From Sphyrna mokarran (Eukaryota), in assembly GCA_024679065.1 (NCBI GenBank), contig JAGIQG010000003.1, positions 36,828,001 to 36,892,000 on the forward strand: a stretch of DNA of 64,000 nucleotides, in the 5' to 3' direction. Every line of letters starts with the position of its first letter. Position 1 is the stretch's first letter. Below the pieces are notes generated by a model that made no database searches, was not told where the DNA came from, and worked only from the letters and a program-made list of their open reading frames with translations. Below are positions 24,841 to 37,734 of this stretch, in pieces. Both the position numbers and the translations under genes were made by a program.

Positions 24841-25155
24841 CCTTGATACATCTTCCTTATCAGTTAAATACTTCTCTACCTCTCACCGCCAGATTTTCTC
24901 CTTCTTGAATTTCCCCTCAGATTCCCATGTACTGGTTGTGGGCCAGACATCTATGGAGGAGCAGGGAATGTTGGGGGAAGGAAGTGTGTGGATGTAAAGG
25001 TGGAAGAGGGGGATAATTTGAGAGGAGTTGGGAGAGAGAAGTGCCTGTTCTGATTGGGGGTGGGGCGGGAATCTCTGAGACTTCCATAGTGAACTGTAGG
25101 GGAAGTTTCTTCATCTTCTGATTGAGGGGCCCTTTAAATATGGTACTCCAATCTC
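23829..25155. repeat. 519-bp inverted repeat, arms 23829-24347 and 24637-25155, 289-bp spacer
   Basis: Manual comparison gives 518/519 identity; single mismatch at 24143 vs 24841; mirrored ORFs in the track. Confidence 0.97.
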
Positions 25156-25730
25156 GGTGCAAGTGGCTTTGCCAACATGTTGAGGGCCCCTCCATCCCAC
25201 ATGACAGAATGAAACGCGCCCCCTTTTTTGACAGAGTGTTAGAATTTGGAGAGAAAATTGACTTGAGAAACATGCCGGTTATCTCACCTGAATCAACAGT
25301 CTGCCATTTCTTTTAGTAATATTCCCCCCTTAGTTCTAGTTTTCTGGAAGAACCATTTCTTCTGGACAAAGAAGGCTCATTTTTCATTTGCTGGTAATTA
25401 CATAGTTAAGAGGAATAGTACGTGTGATCTTTAACAATTCTGTGTTACAATCAAACCAGCCTGGGAGAAGTGTTTGTTAAAGTAATTGGCTATTGGACAA
25501 GGGCCGAAGGTTTCTAGCCCCACACAGTAGGGTTGGTGGTGAACTATTGAAAAGTCCATTCACAATGGCGAGACCAGAAGATCCTGCCGGTGTGAAAGGC
25601 TGGGAAACTCCAGCCAAGAACTGGAAAACATATTTACATTGTTCACATACAAGTATGATCAGGGAACTTTTCTTTCCTCTGGCATAGCAAGACAATTTAC
25701 TGCATAAACGAGTACCAACTTCCCACTTAC

Positions 25731-25905
25731 TTTACTGCTGCTGACTTTGCTTGGAGTGCACTGCTCCAGAAGTCACTGACGTTTTCTGGCTCTTGAAAAG
25801 CTTGAAGACAGGCACTAAAAGGAACCTTGGCACGGACAATCTCTCGTAAGGGCCTCTTTGCTATCTCAGCCTCTCTCCTCCTTATTTCATATGCTAAGAG
25901 TTCCT
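25731..25905 (-). CDS. USP13: USP13 exon ~13 ([59 protein letters not shown]), 175 nt
   Basis: ttcag|AGGAA...GTAAA|gtaagt. Confidence 0.96.
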
Positions 25906-26174
25906 CTGAAGAATAACATTACAGCTTTTTAAAATTGGTACTGAAGAATTACATTGCATAAAACATTCACAAATAATGTTATTTATTGCTTATATAACAA
26001 TTAGAGATATTCCCCTAGGATTAAGAACATAGCCACAAGTACTCCTAATACCATTCAATTTCACAAGTACAAATGTTTTTCAAAACAAACTCAAAGTTTA
26101 TGCATTTTCAATTATTGTGATAAACTATTGCACCATTCTTCATGCATGCATGAAATACATTGACTTTTTTTTAT

Positions 26175-26468
26175 TAAGTTTAATTATTTGTTGTCACAAG
26201 TAGACTTACATTAACACTGGCAACAAAGTCATTGCGTAAATCTCCAAGTTGCCAGCACCTGTTCGGGTACACTGAGGAAGAATTTAGCATGGTCAATGCA
26301 TCTAACTAGCTCGTCTTTTGGTTTGTGGGAGGAAATTGGGGCATCCGAGGAAACCCATGCAGAGATGGGGAGAGTATGCAGACTCTGCACAGACAGTGAC
26401 CCAAACTGGAAATTGAACCCAGGTCCCTGGTGTGAGGCAGCAGTGCTAACCACTGAGCTACTGCACTA
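26175..26468 (-). mobile_element. HE1-like SINE
   Basis: gtggttagcactgctgcctcacaccagggacctgggttcaattt head. Confidence 0.85.
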
Positions 26469-27133
26469 TTGTATGAATTTTCCAATATTTTTATTGTGTG
26501 GAGTTATGACCAGCGATGGTCTGCTTTGTTGTCTTAAATTAGAAAGGATACAACAATTGCCATGTTCTTGTTCCTTCACTGAATTTTAGATGTCATTGGA
26601 GAGTCAGAGGAAGAACTCAGTACTGCCCACAGGGAAATGTACCTGCATATACGACAGTGCTTTGTGTGGCTTTTGCACTTCTTTCAATGGTCAGTTATGG
26701 ATTAATGTAAATTTAGGTTATGGAGCAACTGGACATTATTAATCCCATCAGCACCCCATACCACCATTAGCACAACAGGATGGCTGCATTACATAATATG
26801 CACACTATTCTGCAATTTAGCCTAGGCTGACAGATGCTTTTGCACAGACATTCTTATTTTCTAACATGCTCAGAAATTAGATCCATGTTAAATCAAAATT
26901 CACATAAAATTCAATTTGTAGTGTTATTTCAAATTTTTATCCAGTTTTAAATGTCTTTCTAAAATATCAGAATCAATTTTGCTCCAGATCTTTTCAATAA
27001 CAAAATGCAATACTTAGTAAATTCTTTGGCACCTTATGAATTTAGGAAATAGAGAATCCTTCAGTCATTTACTGTCCCTCTAGTTTACCGTTGTGTTCCC
27101 TTATGTTTGTTAGAAGCAGCAGGATGTACGTAC

Positions 27134-27287
27134 CTTTGTTACTAGCAGCCTCTAGGACAACGGGAAGTTGCATGATATAGTCGACTCTCTGTTTGTACTT
27201 TACTTTCCCGGACTGGCAACACTGGACCCGGTCTTCTACCATAAAACGAAAGACTTCACTGGGATTATCTGAGCCATTGTTATTTCT
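27134..27287 (-). CDS. USP13: USP13 exon ~12 ([51 protein letters not shown]), 154 nt
   Basis: ttccag|AGA...AAAG|gtacgt. Confidence 0.96.
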
Positions 27288-27442
27288 CTGGAATACACAG
27301 GGGTTCATAAGAGCATTGAATTAAAGAGATTATTTTCAAAAGCATCAGCAGCACATCTAAGTGGAGGGAGATTCCTACTCCAAGCACTATAGATTTTCTT
27401 TTAAATTAGAATCATTGAACCTCACAGCACAGGAGACCACTT

Positions 27443-27553
27443 GGACAACGGGAAGTTGCATGATATAGTCGACTCTCTATTTGCACTTTACTTTCCCGGA
27501 CTGGCAACACTGGACCCGGTCTTCTACCATAAAACGAAAGACTTCACCGGGAT
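27443..27553 (-). pseudogene. 111-bp copy of most of USP13 exon ~12 (27155-27265), inserted into a CR1 tail
   Basis: 108/111 identical; changes S>G, Y>C, Q>stop; no native splice sites. Confidence 0.95.
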
Positions 27554-27956
27554 GAAAAGACTTCACATGTTTGAAAAGACTGTCCAATTTAGTCCTACAT
27601 CCCAGGTTTTCTCCCCATGGCCCTGCAAATTAGTTCTTTTCAAGTGCATGTTAAAATGCCTTTTGACTGTTCCGAGAGAATCTGTTTCCATCATCACTCC
27701 AGATCCTAACAACTCACTCCAGAAAAATAAATCCTAATTTCTCCTCTAATTCTTTTGCTAGTTACTTTAAATACATGACTGCTGGCTATTAACTGACTTA
27801 TCAAAGAAAACAATTCCTCCCTATTTGCTCTAGGGAAACATTCAATATGGAATACCTGGCCTCCACTAAACTTCCTCTGCTATAAAGGAGAACAATCCCA
27901 GCTTCACTGATTTCTCCATATAATGCAAGGGTTTCCTTCATTATCCAGTCAAGGGA

Positions 27957-28186
27957 ATGGCTGCCAGGAAGCCAGTGCCAAAATTCTCCAAGGGAGCCCT
28001 GACAAAACTCCTGGATGATGTGGAGCAGAGCTAGGATGTCCTATACCTGCGTTCCAACAAACATCCATCCAACAAGGTCACTACTTCACCTGAGAAGCAG
28101 TCACCCATATAGTGAATGCCAGCTCACTGCACAAGAGGACAGGGCAATAGGGCCACAAGAAGGTGAATGACCTTCTTTGCGCAGCC
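27957..28186 (+). pseudogene. Myb/SANT-like DNA-binding ORF remnant of a PIF/Harbinger transposon
   Basis: MAARKPVPKFSKGALTKLLDDVEQS*DVLY...AVTHIVNASSLHKRTGQ*GHKKVNDL (one frameshift); fits the F-S..L..L...V / VNA....RT..QC.KK.NDL pattern. Confidence 0.65.
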
Positions 28187-29051
28187 CCATATCCCCTTTG
28201 GAGTGAGGTTGCCAGCTCTATGTTTATGTCAAGCTGTTGTAAATACCAGCACCTGCTGAATAAACAGTGAGGGGGGAAACCCAGATTGAGTGCTCTCTAA
28301 TGATGTGCTAATGTATTAAAATGAGGGTCCTAGGCTCCCACAGCACTTTTCAGCAGGTGCCAGTATTTACAACAGCTTTACATAAACATGAACTTGGCAA
28401 CCAAACCTCCAAAGGGAATATCAGGCTGAGCGAAGAAGATCATTCATCTTTTTGTGGCCCTGTTGCCCTGACCTCTTCTGCAGTGAGCTGGTTTCTCTAT
28501 GTGGGTCACTGGTGGGATGGTGATCTCAGTGGATGGACATCTGTGGGAACGCGGGTATAGGAGATTGCAGCTCTGCTCCACACCATCCAGGAGTTACTCC
28601 ACTGGAAAGGGCAGTGAGATTCATGTTTTCCAACTTTCTCTGGATTTTGCGCCCACACTGATGACCCCCAGCACAGTTAACACAAGCTTGATTAAAACAA
28701 TTGTTCTTTGTTTTTAAAGAAAATAATGCTGTCACTCTTCAAAATAATTGACATTTCATCCAAGGGGTGTGTTTCTTTTCAATTACCTGTTGTGTCCAAA
28801 ATCAAGGAGCATACTTTGCATGTTAATTTTAAATAAAAAGGTTTTCCATTTCAATATCTTTTCTAAGAAATCTTGGAGATCTTAATAAGGAACAGAAAGC
28901 CAAAGAAACTGATAAACCACACTTTCAATGAGATTGCAAGTTAGTTCTAGCTCCAGTTTCTCAAAGAGCTAATGGAACAAATGTTCAAGATTGAATTATT
29001 GTATGGTAACTGAACTAAAAACAGCTTTACAGATAAAAGTTGACATTTTTT

Positions 29052-29180
29052 CTGAAGAAGTCATATGGACTCGAAACTTTAACTCTGTTTCTATCTCCAC
29101 AATGCTGCCAGAACTGCTGAGCTTTTCCAGCATTTTCTGTTTTTAATCCAGATTTCCAACATTCACAGCATTTCACTTTT
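29052..29180 (+). mobile_element. Penelope-type terminal repeat with hammerhead remnant (C3-G8 core)
   Basis: CTGAAGA-AGTC(ATATG)GACTC-GAAA-CTTT-AACT...atgctgccagaactgctgagcttttccagc. Confidence 0.7.
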
Positions 29181-29429
29181 GTATCAATGACCATTATGCC
29201 TAGAATTTTACCGCCCTACTCACCATGGGAATCGGAGTGGGGAGGGGTGGACCATGGAGAGATCTCCTGACTTTGGGTGGGATTTTATGATTCAGGACAA
29301 GCGAGACCATAAAATATCACCCAATATGTTGCTCAGTAACTAATTCTATCCTCTATTCGTTTAGTAGAGTTATCCATCCAGAATAGAACTGGGAATAACC
29401 ACACCAATTTACTAGATCAATGTTTGAGA

Positions 29430-29513
29430 AAGGACAAGTTACTGTTGCCAGTTAATGAAGGACAAGTTACTGTTGCCAGTTAATGAAGGACAAGTTACTG
29501 TTGCCAGTTAATG
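29430..29513. repeat. perfect tandem repeat 3 x 28 bp (aaggacaagttactgttgccagttaatg)
   Basis: Three identical units ending 6 nt from the exon ~11 boundary. Confidence 0.97.
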
Positions 29514-29519
29514 ACTTAC

Positions 29520-29645
29520 ATTTACAAGGTTGATCAAGTGCAGGAAGAATTCTAGTGCGTCTTGCTGTCGATTTGATGAAAATTCTGGATGTCCTTTTCC
29601 AACTAAAGCTTTAAACATTCTGGGCATCATTCCTTGTCGGTGAGG
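29520..29645 (-). CDS. USP13: USP13 exon ~11 ([42 protein letters not shown]), 126 nt
   Basis: ttgcag|CCT...AAT|gtaagt; contains the USP QQDA box. Confidence 0.96.
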
Positions 29646-29999
29646 CTGCAAGTGGCAAAACAGGGTCAAAAACTGGCTACTTTGACAAATCTCAACAATA
29701 TGAAATAAAGGAAGGCAAATGAAGCAGAGATATAGATCAGCAATGGTCTAACTGAATGGTGGAACAGGCTCAAGTGGTTACACTTGTTCCTACAGCTCAG
29801 GGATATTTCACTGCAGTAGATTGAGACTTACACACCTGAACTGCCTTGCTCACTGGTTGAACTTTGTCTAGTTAAACCTTAGTAACTTGAATATTAAGAA
29901 TGGACTTTAAAGTTACTTCCACATAAGAAATGCAAAAAAAGGTACACAAACATTATTTTTGACTTTCTCCTTCAATGCAAAGATTTCATCATTTTATGG

Positions 30000-30305
30000 A
30001 GACATGGGTTCATATCCCACAACAGCAGTTGCAGAACTTGAATTAAATTAATTCATTTGGAATACAAAGCTAATCTCAGTAAAAGGTGACCACAAAATTA
30101 TCACTGTAAAAACTCATCTGGTTTATTGGTGTCCTTCTGCCATCCTTACCTGGTCTGGCTTACATGTCACTCCAGATCCATGATGTTGGACTCTTAACGG
30201 CCCCCTTTGAAATGGCTGAACAAACCATTCAGTTCAGGGGAAATAACGAAAGGGCAACAAATGGTGAATCGTTAGTGATATCTGCATCCCAATAATGAAT
30301 AAAAG
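30000..30305 (+). mobile_element. second SINE family (tccttacctggtctggc...ctccaga core); other copies at ~20725, 34860(-), 38960(-), 58950
   Basis: Shared core and LINE-derived tail gggcaa..aaatgctgg. Confidence 0.7.
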
Positions 30306-32554
30306 AAAAAATATATACCTTATTCCAAGTGGACCAGCAGTCCACTAGCGTATTTTCAGGACTTTGCTACATTATCAATTCAAATCTGACTATCAAAAGA
30401 TGAGGGGATGTGAGGCCCAATTAATTTCCTGTTACACTTCCTTCCCTACTTGACCCTGTTTGGAATCTCACTCCTAGTTGAGCCATGATCATAAATCTGC
30501 AGCTTTTTAATCCGAAGAAATGGCAGAACATGTTCAGGTTCTTCATGTTCGGACAGAAATACAAATTTAAATCAATAATGCCGTATCAGTGAGAGCAACA
30601 GCAACTGGTGCTGATATATCACAATAATGCAGTGTACTGACAAGGTCCTGCCCAAAGGCTCTGTGACTGAAAGTTTAGGCATTGCATTTGGCACAAAGTA
30701 GAGCCAAAAGATAAAAATTAACAAAAAAAAAGAAACAAGAGTGAAATAATTAAGCACTAATGAATAAAATCCAGGAAAAAGTACAGAGAACAAGAGAAAA
30801 ATATCAACAGAGCCAATGGGTGATTTTTACCTGGGCAGATATTGGGTGGGCTGTGGTAGGGTCTGCACTATAATGGCAGGGTGTGCGCTGCAACGGCAGG
30901 GCCTGAGCTACACTGGCCATTTTCATGGTCAGGGTTCATTAAAATATTTTGGACAAACTGCCTGTAACTTGCTGGGTGACAGAAGAGATCAAAAAATCTA
31001 ATGATTTGTCTACGATGTGGGTCCAGTTATTGAGCAACTTGCAGTGACCCAAAAACTTTTGATGCCACAAAACCCATTCCATGGCCAGAATGTTACAGCC
31101 ATTCACACTACCGGGATTTTCCTACCTTGCTGCAATGAACAGAGATTTGACTGAACTCCAAACTCTCCAACTTTGCTGCGGTGGGTGCGTGGCATGAATG
31201 ACTGGTATGATCCTGCCCAATGTGTTTTTTGCTGAAGCAGCTTGCCCTTTAAAAGCTGCTGGTTATGCCATTTGACATCTTGTACCAATAGATAGAGCTT
31301 GCACAGAACATATCTCATCATTGGTACACACAATGCAGGATGCTACAACTGGCATAGCATCCTAATTTAATTTAATAAAGTTCTTGCCCATCTTGGGCAG
31401 AAGCACTGCCTCCTGCCAGTCTACAAATTACACAACGCGGTCCTCAGGCAGCTAGTATGCAGACAGTTTATTTTTCACTATTAACTGACCAGGTTGAAAA
31501 AGGTTCCAATCACTCACATAACATAGCTTTTTAACTGGGATATGTAGCTGATGTTATCTGTAACAACCTGAGTAAATTCAGTGACAAGAAAGCTGAGCTG
31601 TTGAGAAAGCATGCACACCCTCCAAACCCGTTCCTGCTCCAACAAACAGCAGGTCCTAGTTGAGGCGGGCTGCTGTAATTTTGGAAAACAGTTTCACCCT
31701 GCAGTTCCCCTCAGATAAACTCAGAAAGATTGGCCAGAATTTTCCGGCTGTTCGTGCACGCCACCACTGCGACTAGGGGATTGTTACAGTAACTTCACCA
31801 CTGTGAGTGAGGATGGAGAATTTGGCACTCACCCAAATCTCTGTTCACTGCAACGGGATGGGACAATCCCTCCAGAATGAATGGCCAGATAAATCTACCC
31901 ATTATCTTTGTCTGTAGACCCTGTGCATTGGGGGGGTTGCTTCCCTACTGTGTGCTATCCTCTAAGAAACCCAGCCACAGGTTAGTACTGGTTTTTGTTC
32001 ATCCAAATGTTGCTCCCTTTTATACACCTTCAGGAGTTCCTACTCACCAATCCTCCCAGGCTCAACTGGGTGGGGATTTAGTTTACATTAAAGTACCGTG
32101 CAGGCCTAGACAATGCACATTAATTTTACGTCGAGCCTGTGCTGAATGAAAAAATATTCACATTAGAATAATAACTAGCGTAAATGGTTGAGGATTGCTG
32201 CACTAAATAATCAAAGGCGATTTTAAATGCCCACATCCTCTGCTCCCTGAGGCAGGCAGAGACTAAAACAGTAGGATTTAAGACTAAAGAGAATTGTGTC
32301 TAAATAAAATATGCAAAACTAAATGGTCAGGAGAAATTATGAAATAATTAACCATCCAGTTTGAGTAGATATGTGTGGAGCATTAAAATTTAAAAACTAT
32401 TTACAGGTCAAATTCATTCAAATTGGAACCATCTGGCTACCTTAACTATTACTGCATACACGTTTGCTATGTCTCATTTACATAAATAAATGATTCTTTA
32501 TTGGTGCCTCAGCTGCATTGGGAAAATAGCCTCAGCATTTGTTGCACATTTATG

Positions 32555-32845
32555 ATAGCACGTGGTCAACACTGTTGCCTCACAGCGCCAGGGACCCAAG
32601 TTCAATTCCAAGCTTGAGTCACTGTCTGTGCGATATCTACAAGTTGTCCCCATATCTGCATGGGTTTCCTCCGGGTGCTCTGGTTTCCTTCCACAGTCTG
32701 AAAGCTGTGCTGGTTAAATGCATTGACCAAGCTACATTTCCCTCAGTGTACCAAACAGGTGCCAGAGTGTGGCTATTATGGGATTGTTACATTAACTTCA
32801 TTGCAGTGTTAATGTAAGCCTATTTGTGACACTAATGAATAAACT
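32555..32845 (+). mobile_element. HE1-like SINE
   Basis: cacagcgccagggacccaagttcaattcc head; gtaagcctatttgtgacactaat tail. Confidence 0.85.
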
Positions 32846-35096
32846 TAAAAAACATTTTTGGTGTTCAATTTAGAACTACAGAATGGGGATTTCATCCAGG
32901 AAAACAAATCCATTAATGTCAATATTCTGAAACATTGGGTAACTTTTTGAATGAGTGCAGTAATCAGTGCAGTGAATCTAAACTCCCCAAAGAAAGTGAT
33001 GTGTCAGAGGTTAAAACTCAAGGAAACTGAATTGGAAATTCAATCTACTTAAATCTCTCTTGATTGTAATAGAGATAGGACAAGGGTTATCTGACCAACC
33101 TGCTCATGGGAAGTAGATTGGTCATTTAAAATATAATAAGGCTGCGTGCCTTCATTTTGAAAGTCACTCTATTTTTAACCACAATGACAGGTGTTCCTCG
33201 GCCTCAGGGAACTTAGCAACTGAAAGGAGATAGAGAAATCCATGAACTAAGTCCCTTTCAGGACTTCCTTTGGGCCAAGAGGAGCACAAGAGTTTTTTCA
33301 ACAAGCAAGTTAATAACCCAACCTTTTCAATCTGTATGTTTCTCCAAACCATCAGAGACCCTCCTGACATCCATCACTCCTCACTCCATTCCACCCCACC
33401 CACACACAAAACACCATCAATCTCTTTCCAATCCTCCATCCAAGCCTTCCCATGATCTTAATCCCCTTCCCCTATGATCCTCTTACTGCCCTACAATCTC
33501 TCTTACTTACCTGCTCTAGGCCCCAGTAAAGCAGGCTTCCCCACCAAAAGCACCCCAGCCTGGCAGTCCCATTTAAAATTATCAGGCGGTTAAATTCTGA
33601 AAGACAGTCAGAAAATCCATTCTTCCTGAGTTCCCAACCTTACGACAGCTCCAGTGTGCATTACTCACCTCGGAGTTAAAACTCAGGCTATGCTGTCAGA
33701 GAAATGTGAAATATGAACCAAAACAAGCATCTAATCTTTGTAGAGGATGGAGTGGCCACGCTCATGTTCATACAATTGTTAATGTCAATAGATTAAATTT
33801 AGTGTGCGATCGCACTCCAAAGATTTAGCATCAATTTGAAGCATAAATCATCTGGAATCGATGATAAGTTACAAATATAAATCAAGTGTCAAGGCCTGAA
33901 TTAATTCCAAAGTGTAGCAGAACGAAACTATCTCCTCAGAACTCCAACGTACAGTGATTAATTTACAGTTTTATTCAACTCAAGCTTGCCAATAAGCACA
34001 CAGTTAAGTTTCTTATTAAATGTGCAGTTATATGAAAAAAAACTTGGTAGTCTGAGTTAAAGCAGCTTAAAGTTACAATGCCCATGGTCAAAAAAGTGTT
34101 TTCATTTACTATATTTGACATTAATATTTCCATTGCAAGTCATTATACATTGCCAGTTTCTCCCTACAACTACTATTCATCACTAATGTTTTATTCCCAG
34201 AAACTTTACAAAGATGTGCTGCTAAATTATCACTCAGAGCACTCAGAACTTCTTTACATTTCTATAAATTTTCACTAGTTCTGTTTAGATAGGTTAAGGC
34301 AACCAAAAATCAACAAAAACGGAACTATAAAACTGGCAGTAATAACCATCAATTAAATTCTACATCTCTGCACGAGGGAGAAAGCGTCTTTTCAATCAAT
34401 TCAAAATCTCCAAACAAATAGTCTGGTTCACGGCAAACATGATATCTCATTGTGTTCAATGTGAACATATATACAGAATAATAAGAATTCAAATGGCACC
34501 GTGACTTAAAGCCATCCAATTAAAATATTTGTGGAAGTGATCTGTTTAGAATTAAGAGAAGCATTAGAGTGAGAATTCTGCCAGATATCAAACTATTTTT
34601 AACCTCCATAAGGGCTGAAGGCCCTTAAAAATCTGTCAGAAAGTAATTGTGCTGGTATCCCTCTCAGATAACCTGCATCACTTATACCAGTGGGCTTTTT
34701 GGATTCAGCAGAATTCACATACCAAAGACATATGCCTGCACATTCAGGATGCATTTTGGGTACACACCTGCCCCCAGAACTATAATACAAAATGTGCAAT
34801 GTCATTTTAAGAGCAGTATTCACACCTTGCATCTTCATCACTCATGAAGGAGAGTTTTCTTTTTAAATTCACTTATGGGACATAGGTATCGCTGGCTGGC
34901 CAGCATTTATTGCCCATCCCTAGTTGCCCTTGTTCAGAGGGCAGTTGAGAGTCAACCACATTGCTGTGGCTCTGGAGTCATATGAAGGCTAGACCGGGTA
35001 AGGACAGCAGATTTCCTTCACTAAAAGACATTAGTGAACAAGATGGATTTTCTCGATAATCAACAAATCTTTGGAATCTTTGATTTGCACAGATGG

Positions 35097-35388
35097 ATGG
35101 CATAATAGCACAGTGGTTAGATTGCAGCCTCTCAGCAGCACCATGGACCCAGGTTCTATTCTGGCCTCTTGTGACTGTCTGTGTGGAGTGTGCACATTCT
35201 CTCACATTTGCGTGGGTGCTCCAGTTTCCTCCCAAGGTCCACAGCTATGTGGATTGACCTTGCTGAATTAGCTCTTACTGTCAGAGATAGGTATCTAGTA
35301 GATAAATATGTGGAGTTATGGAGATAGGGTCTGAACAAAATTGTGGCTGAGTGGCCTCCTTCTGCACTGTAGGGATTCTATGATTCAA
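35097..35388 (+). mobile_element. HE1-like SINE
   Basis: tRNA head; gattctatgattc tail. Confidence 0.8.
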
Positions 35389-36005
35389 TGAAATGCATTA
35401 ACTTTTTAAAAAATTGAGATTCCGTTCCAGGATCCAAGCAACGATTCTGGCCGGAACCCTGAGGTGAATCTTACATGCATTCTTCACAACATGTTATCTA
35501 TATTCTCTCTCAGCATTCAACTGCCAATGCTGTTTCGGTTTGCTCCTAAATGAGACTCTAAGCGTTATCCCTGTCCCCTTTGACTGGCTTGGTAAGAGCA
35601 TATGTAGCCTCTTCTCCTTAGAGAACCTAGCAGAATCTCCAGTGTCAGTCTGAGATTCAGTGCACATGATCATCAGCCTATTTTTCAATCCTTCTACTGG
35701 AGATCTGGCAAATATGTGGTGGAAGGATGGAACATTATTGGCTACAAGGTTGCTCACAAGGTACTTACAGTAATTTTGAAATAAATTCCAGAGATTCTTT
35801 GGCATAGAATGCCAGGACTATTTGGAGTACTAGAAGTAGCTTGCATCAAGTTTAGCATGCCTTAATATACTCAGAATGGCCACACAGTGCTCCCCTCTTA
35901 AGATCAGCAGCATGTAATACTACATGGTGTGAAATTAGTTATTGATCTTTGCACACTCTCTGTGATATACCCAGGTATCAAGTTAGCACACAGACAATCA
36001 AATAC

Positions 36006-36099
36006 CTTGTATTCTTCTTTCATCACCTGTTCAATAACCTCAGACTTCATTGGAGGTTTGGAGTACTGGCCCGAGAGAAGTCCGTGTCCCAGCTTGGTC
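36006..36099 (-). CDS. USP13: USP13 exon ~10 ([31 protein letters not shown]), 94 nt
   Basis: gcacag|GACC...AAG|gtattt. Confidence 0.96.
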
Positions 36100-36371
36100 C
36101 TGTGCAAAATCAAAAAATGTTCACTTCAATTATCTACAAGAAACACAACCAGTGGGATTTTTTGCCACAGGCCAGTGACAAGATCTTCTGGTCCTGCTGC
36201 TGTCAATGGGGTTTCCTGTTTTATGTACCTCCAACAACCCCCCCCCCCAAACCCTCTGAGAGTGTAGGTTTGCAGTTGACAGGATCAGAAGATTTCGCTG
36301 GTGGGAAATGCTGGAAAATTCTGGCCAGCATGTTTTCATAACTGTATAACCCAGCAAGCTAAGTTTAAGTT

Positions 36372-36602
36372 TTTAAATTTATTTATTAGTAGGCTTATAT
36401 TAACACTGCAATGAGGTTACTGTGAAAATTTAGCATGCCCAATGCACCTAATCAGCACATCTTTCAGACTCTGGGAGGAAACCGGAGCACCTGGGGGAAA
36501 CACATGCAGACTCCACAGAGACAGTGACCCAAGCCAGGAATCGAATCAGATTCCCTGGTACTGTAAGGCTGCGTGCTAACCACTGTATCACCATGCCACC
36601 CT
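36372..36602 (-). mobile_element. HE1-like SINE
   Basis: ggtggcatggtgatacagtggttagcacg head. Confidence 0.8.
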
Positions 36603-37734
36603 AGTGCTTTGAATGCAAAATTATCTTACACAATTTTTATTTCAGGTAAATGCGTTCTTAATCCAACATTCTGAGACAACCTCTAATGTAGGGCATCCCC
36701 AGAATGCATCAACCACTGGGAGGGTGCAAGGTCACATTTCAGATTCCTAAAGAGCAAAACAAGTTCTGTAGCGACTTCAGGCTGTGAGAGTGGAAGAAAA
36801 AGTGTGGAACAAATTCTGATGCAGGGAAGGAGTAGGTCAGGTGCTTATGAAACAAAATAGGTCATAGTACAACAGAGTTACAAGAGAATGAAAGTGTGGA
36901 ACAATATCAATGACCCTCTGTGACTAAAGGAGTTGCCGTGAAATCATGGTCTATATCTGCTCTGAGGTGCTCCATCTAGTGGAGTGATTGTGAATAGACA
37001 AAATAAGAAACATTTTGCAGTCGAGTATCCCGCATTTGGGGACATCCCAGGTGTTAGCACACCCGGAGTGCAATGGAATAGCCTTGTCCTGGGCGAACCA
37101 CCTGCTTGATCATGGTTTCATCCCCATCAGATGGGTAATGACTATACTTCACAATCATGTAGATCCAGAAACACAATCCACCACCTCTGTCCCAAATCCT
37201 GTCACCATACCACTAACCCCATCCCTCCCCCCCACTTCCATCTGTCCTACAGTAACAAGGAGCCTTCCGTCTGACTACACAAATTCTAGCATTCGAGGAC
37301 ACTGATGGGTATGTTCCTAATGTAACTATTTACAATCACTGATTTCCATCCACGGTGACAATTCTTTTGTCTAATGCTCAATTCTCAGACCATGACTTAA
37401 CGCTCTTAGTAAGTCAATTAATTGATCTCCAGGCTCTTAGAACATTACAGCTCAGTACAGGTCCTACGGCCCTCGATGTTGCGCCGACCAATGCAACCAA
37501 TTTTATGACCCTCTAACCTAAACTATTCCAATGCTATCCATGTGCCTATCCACTGACTATTTGAATGCCCTTAAACTTGGCAAATCCACAACTGCTGCAG
37601 GCAGGGCATTCTATGCCCTTACTACCCTCTGAGTAAAACTCTTCTCTTTCAATAACCCATTACATCCCCGGTTCACCTCATGCCTGTTCAATATTATAAC
37701 TTCAATATTATAATTGCCTTCCTGGAACTACATT

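Noticed and set aside
24133-24851. Mirrored ORFs MYQESDIEV... as a duplicated novel gene
   Set aside because: They are the degraded CR1 ORF2 start copied by the inverted duplication.
29430-29513. 28-bp repeats as a CRISPR array
   Set aside because: Units are contiguous with no spacers, in a vertebrate intron with no cas genes.
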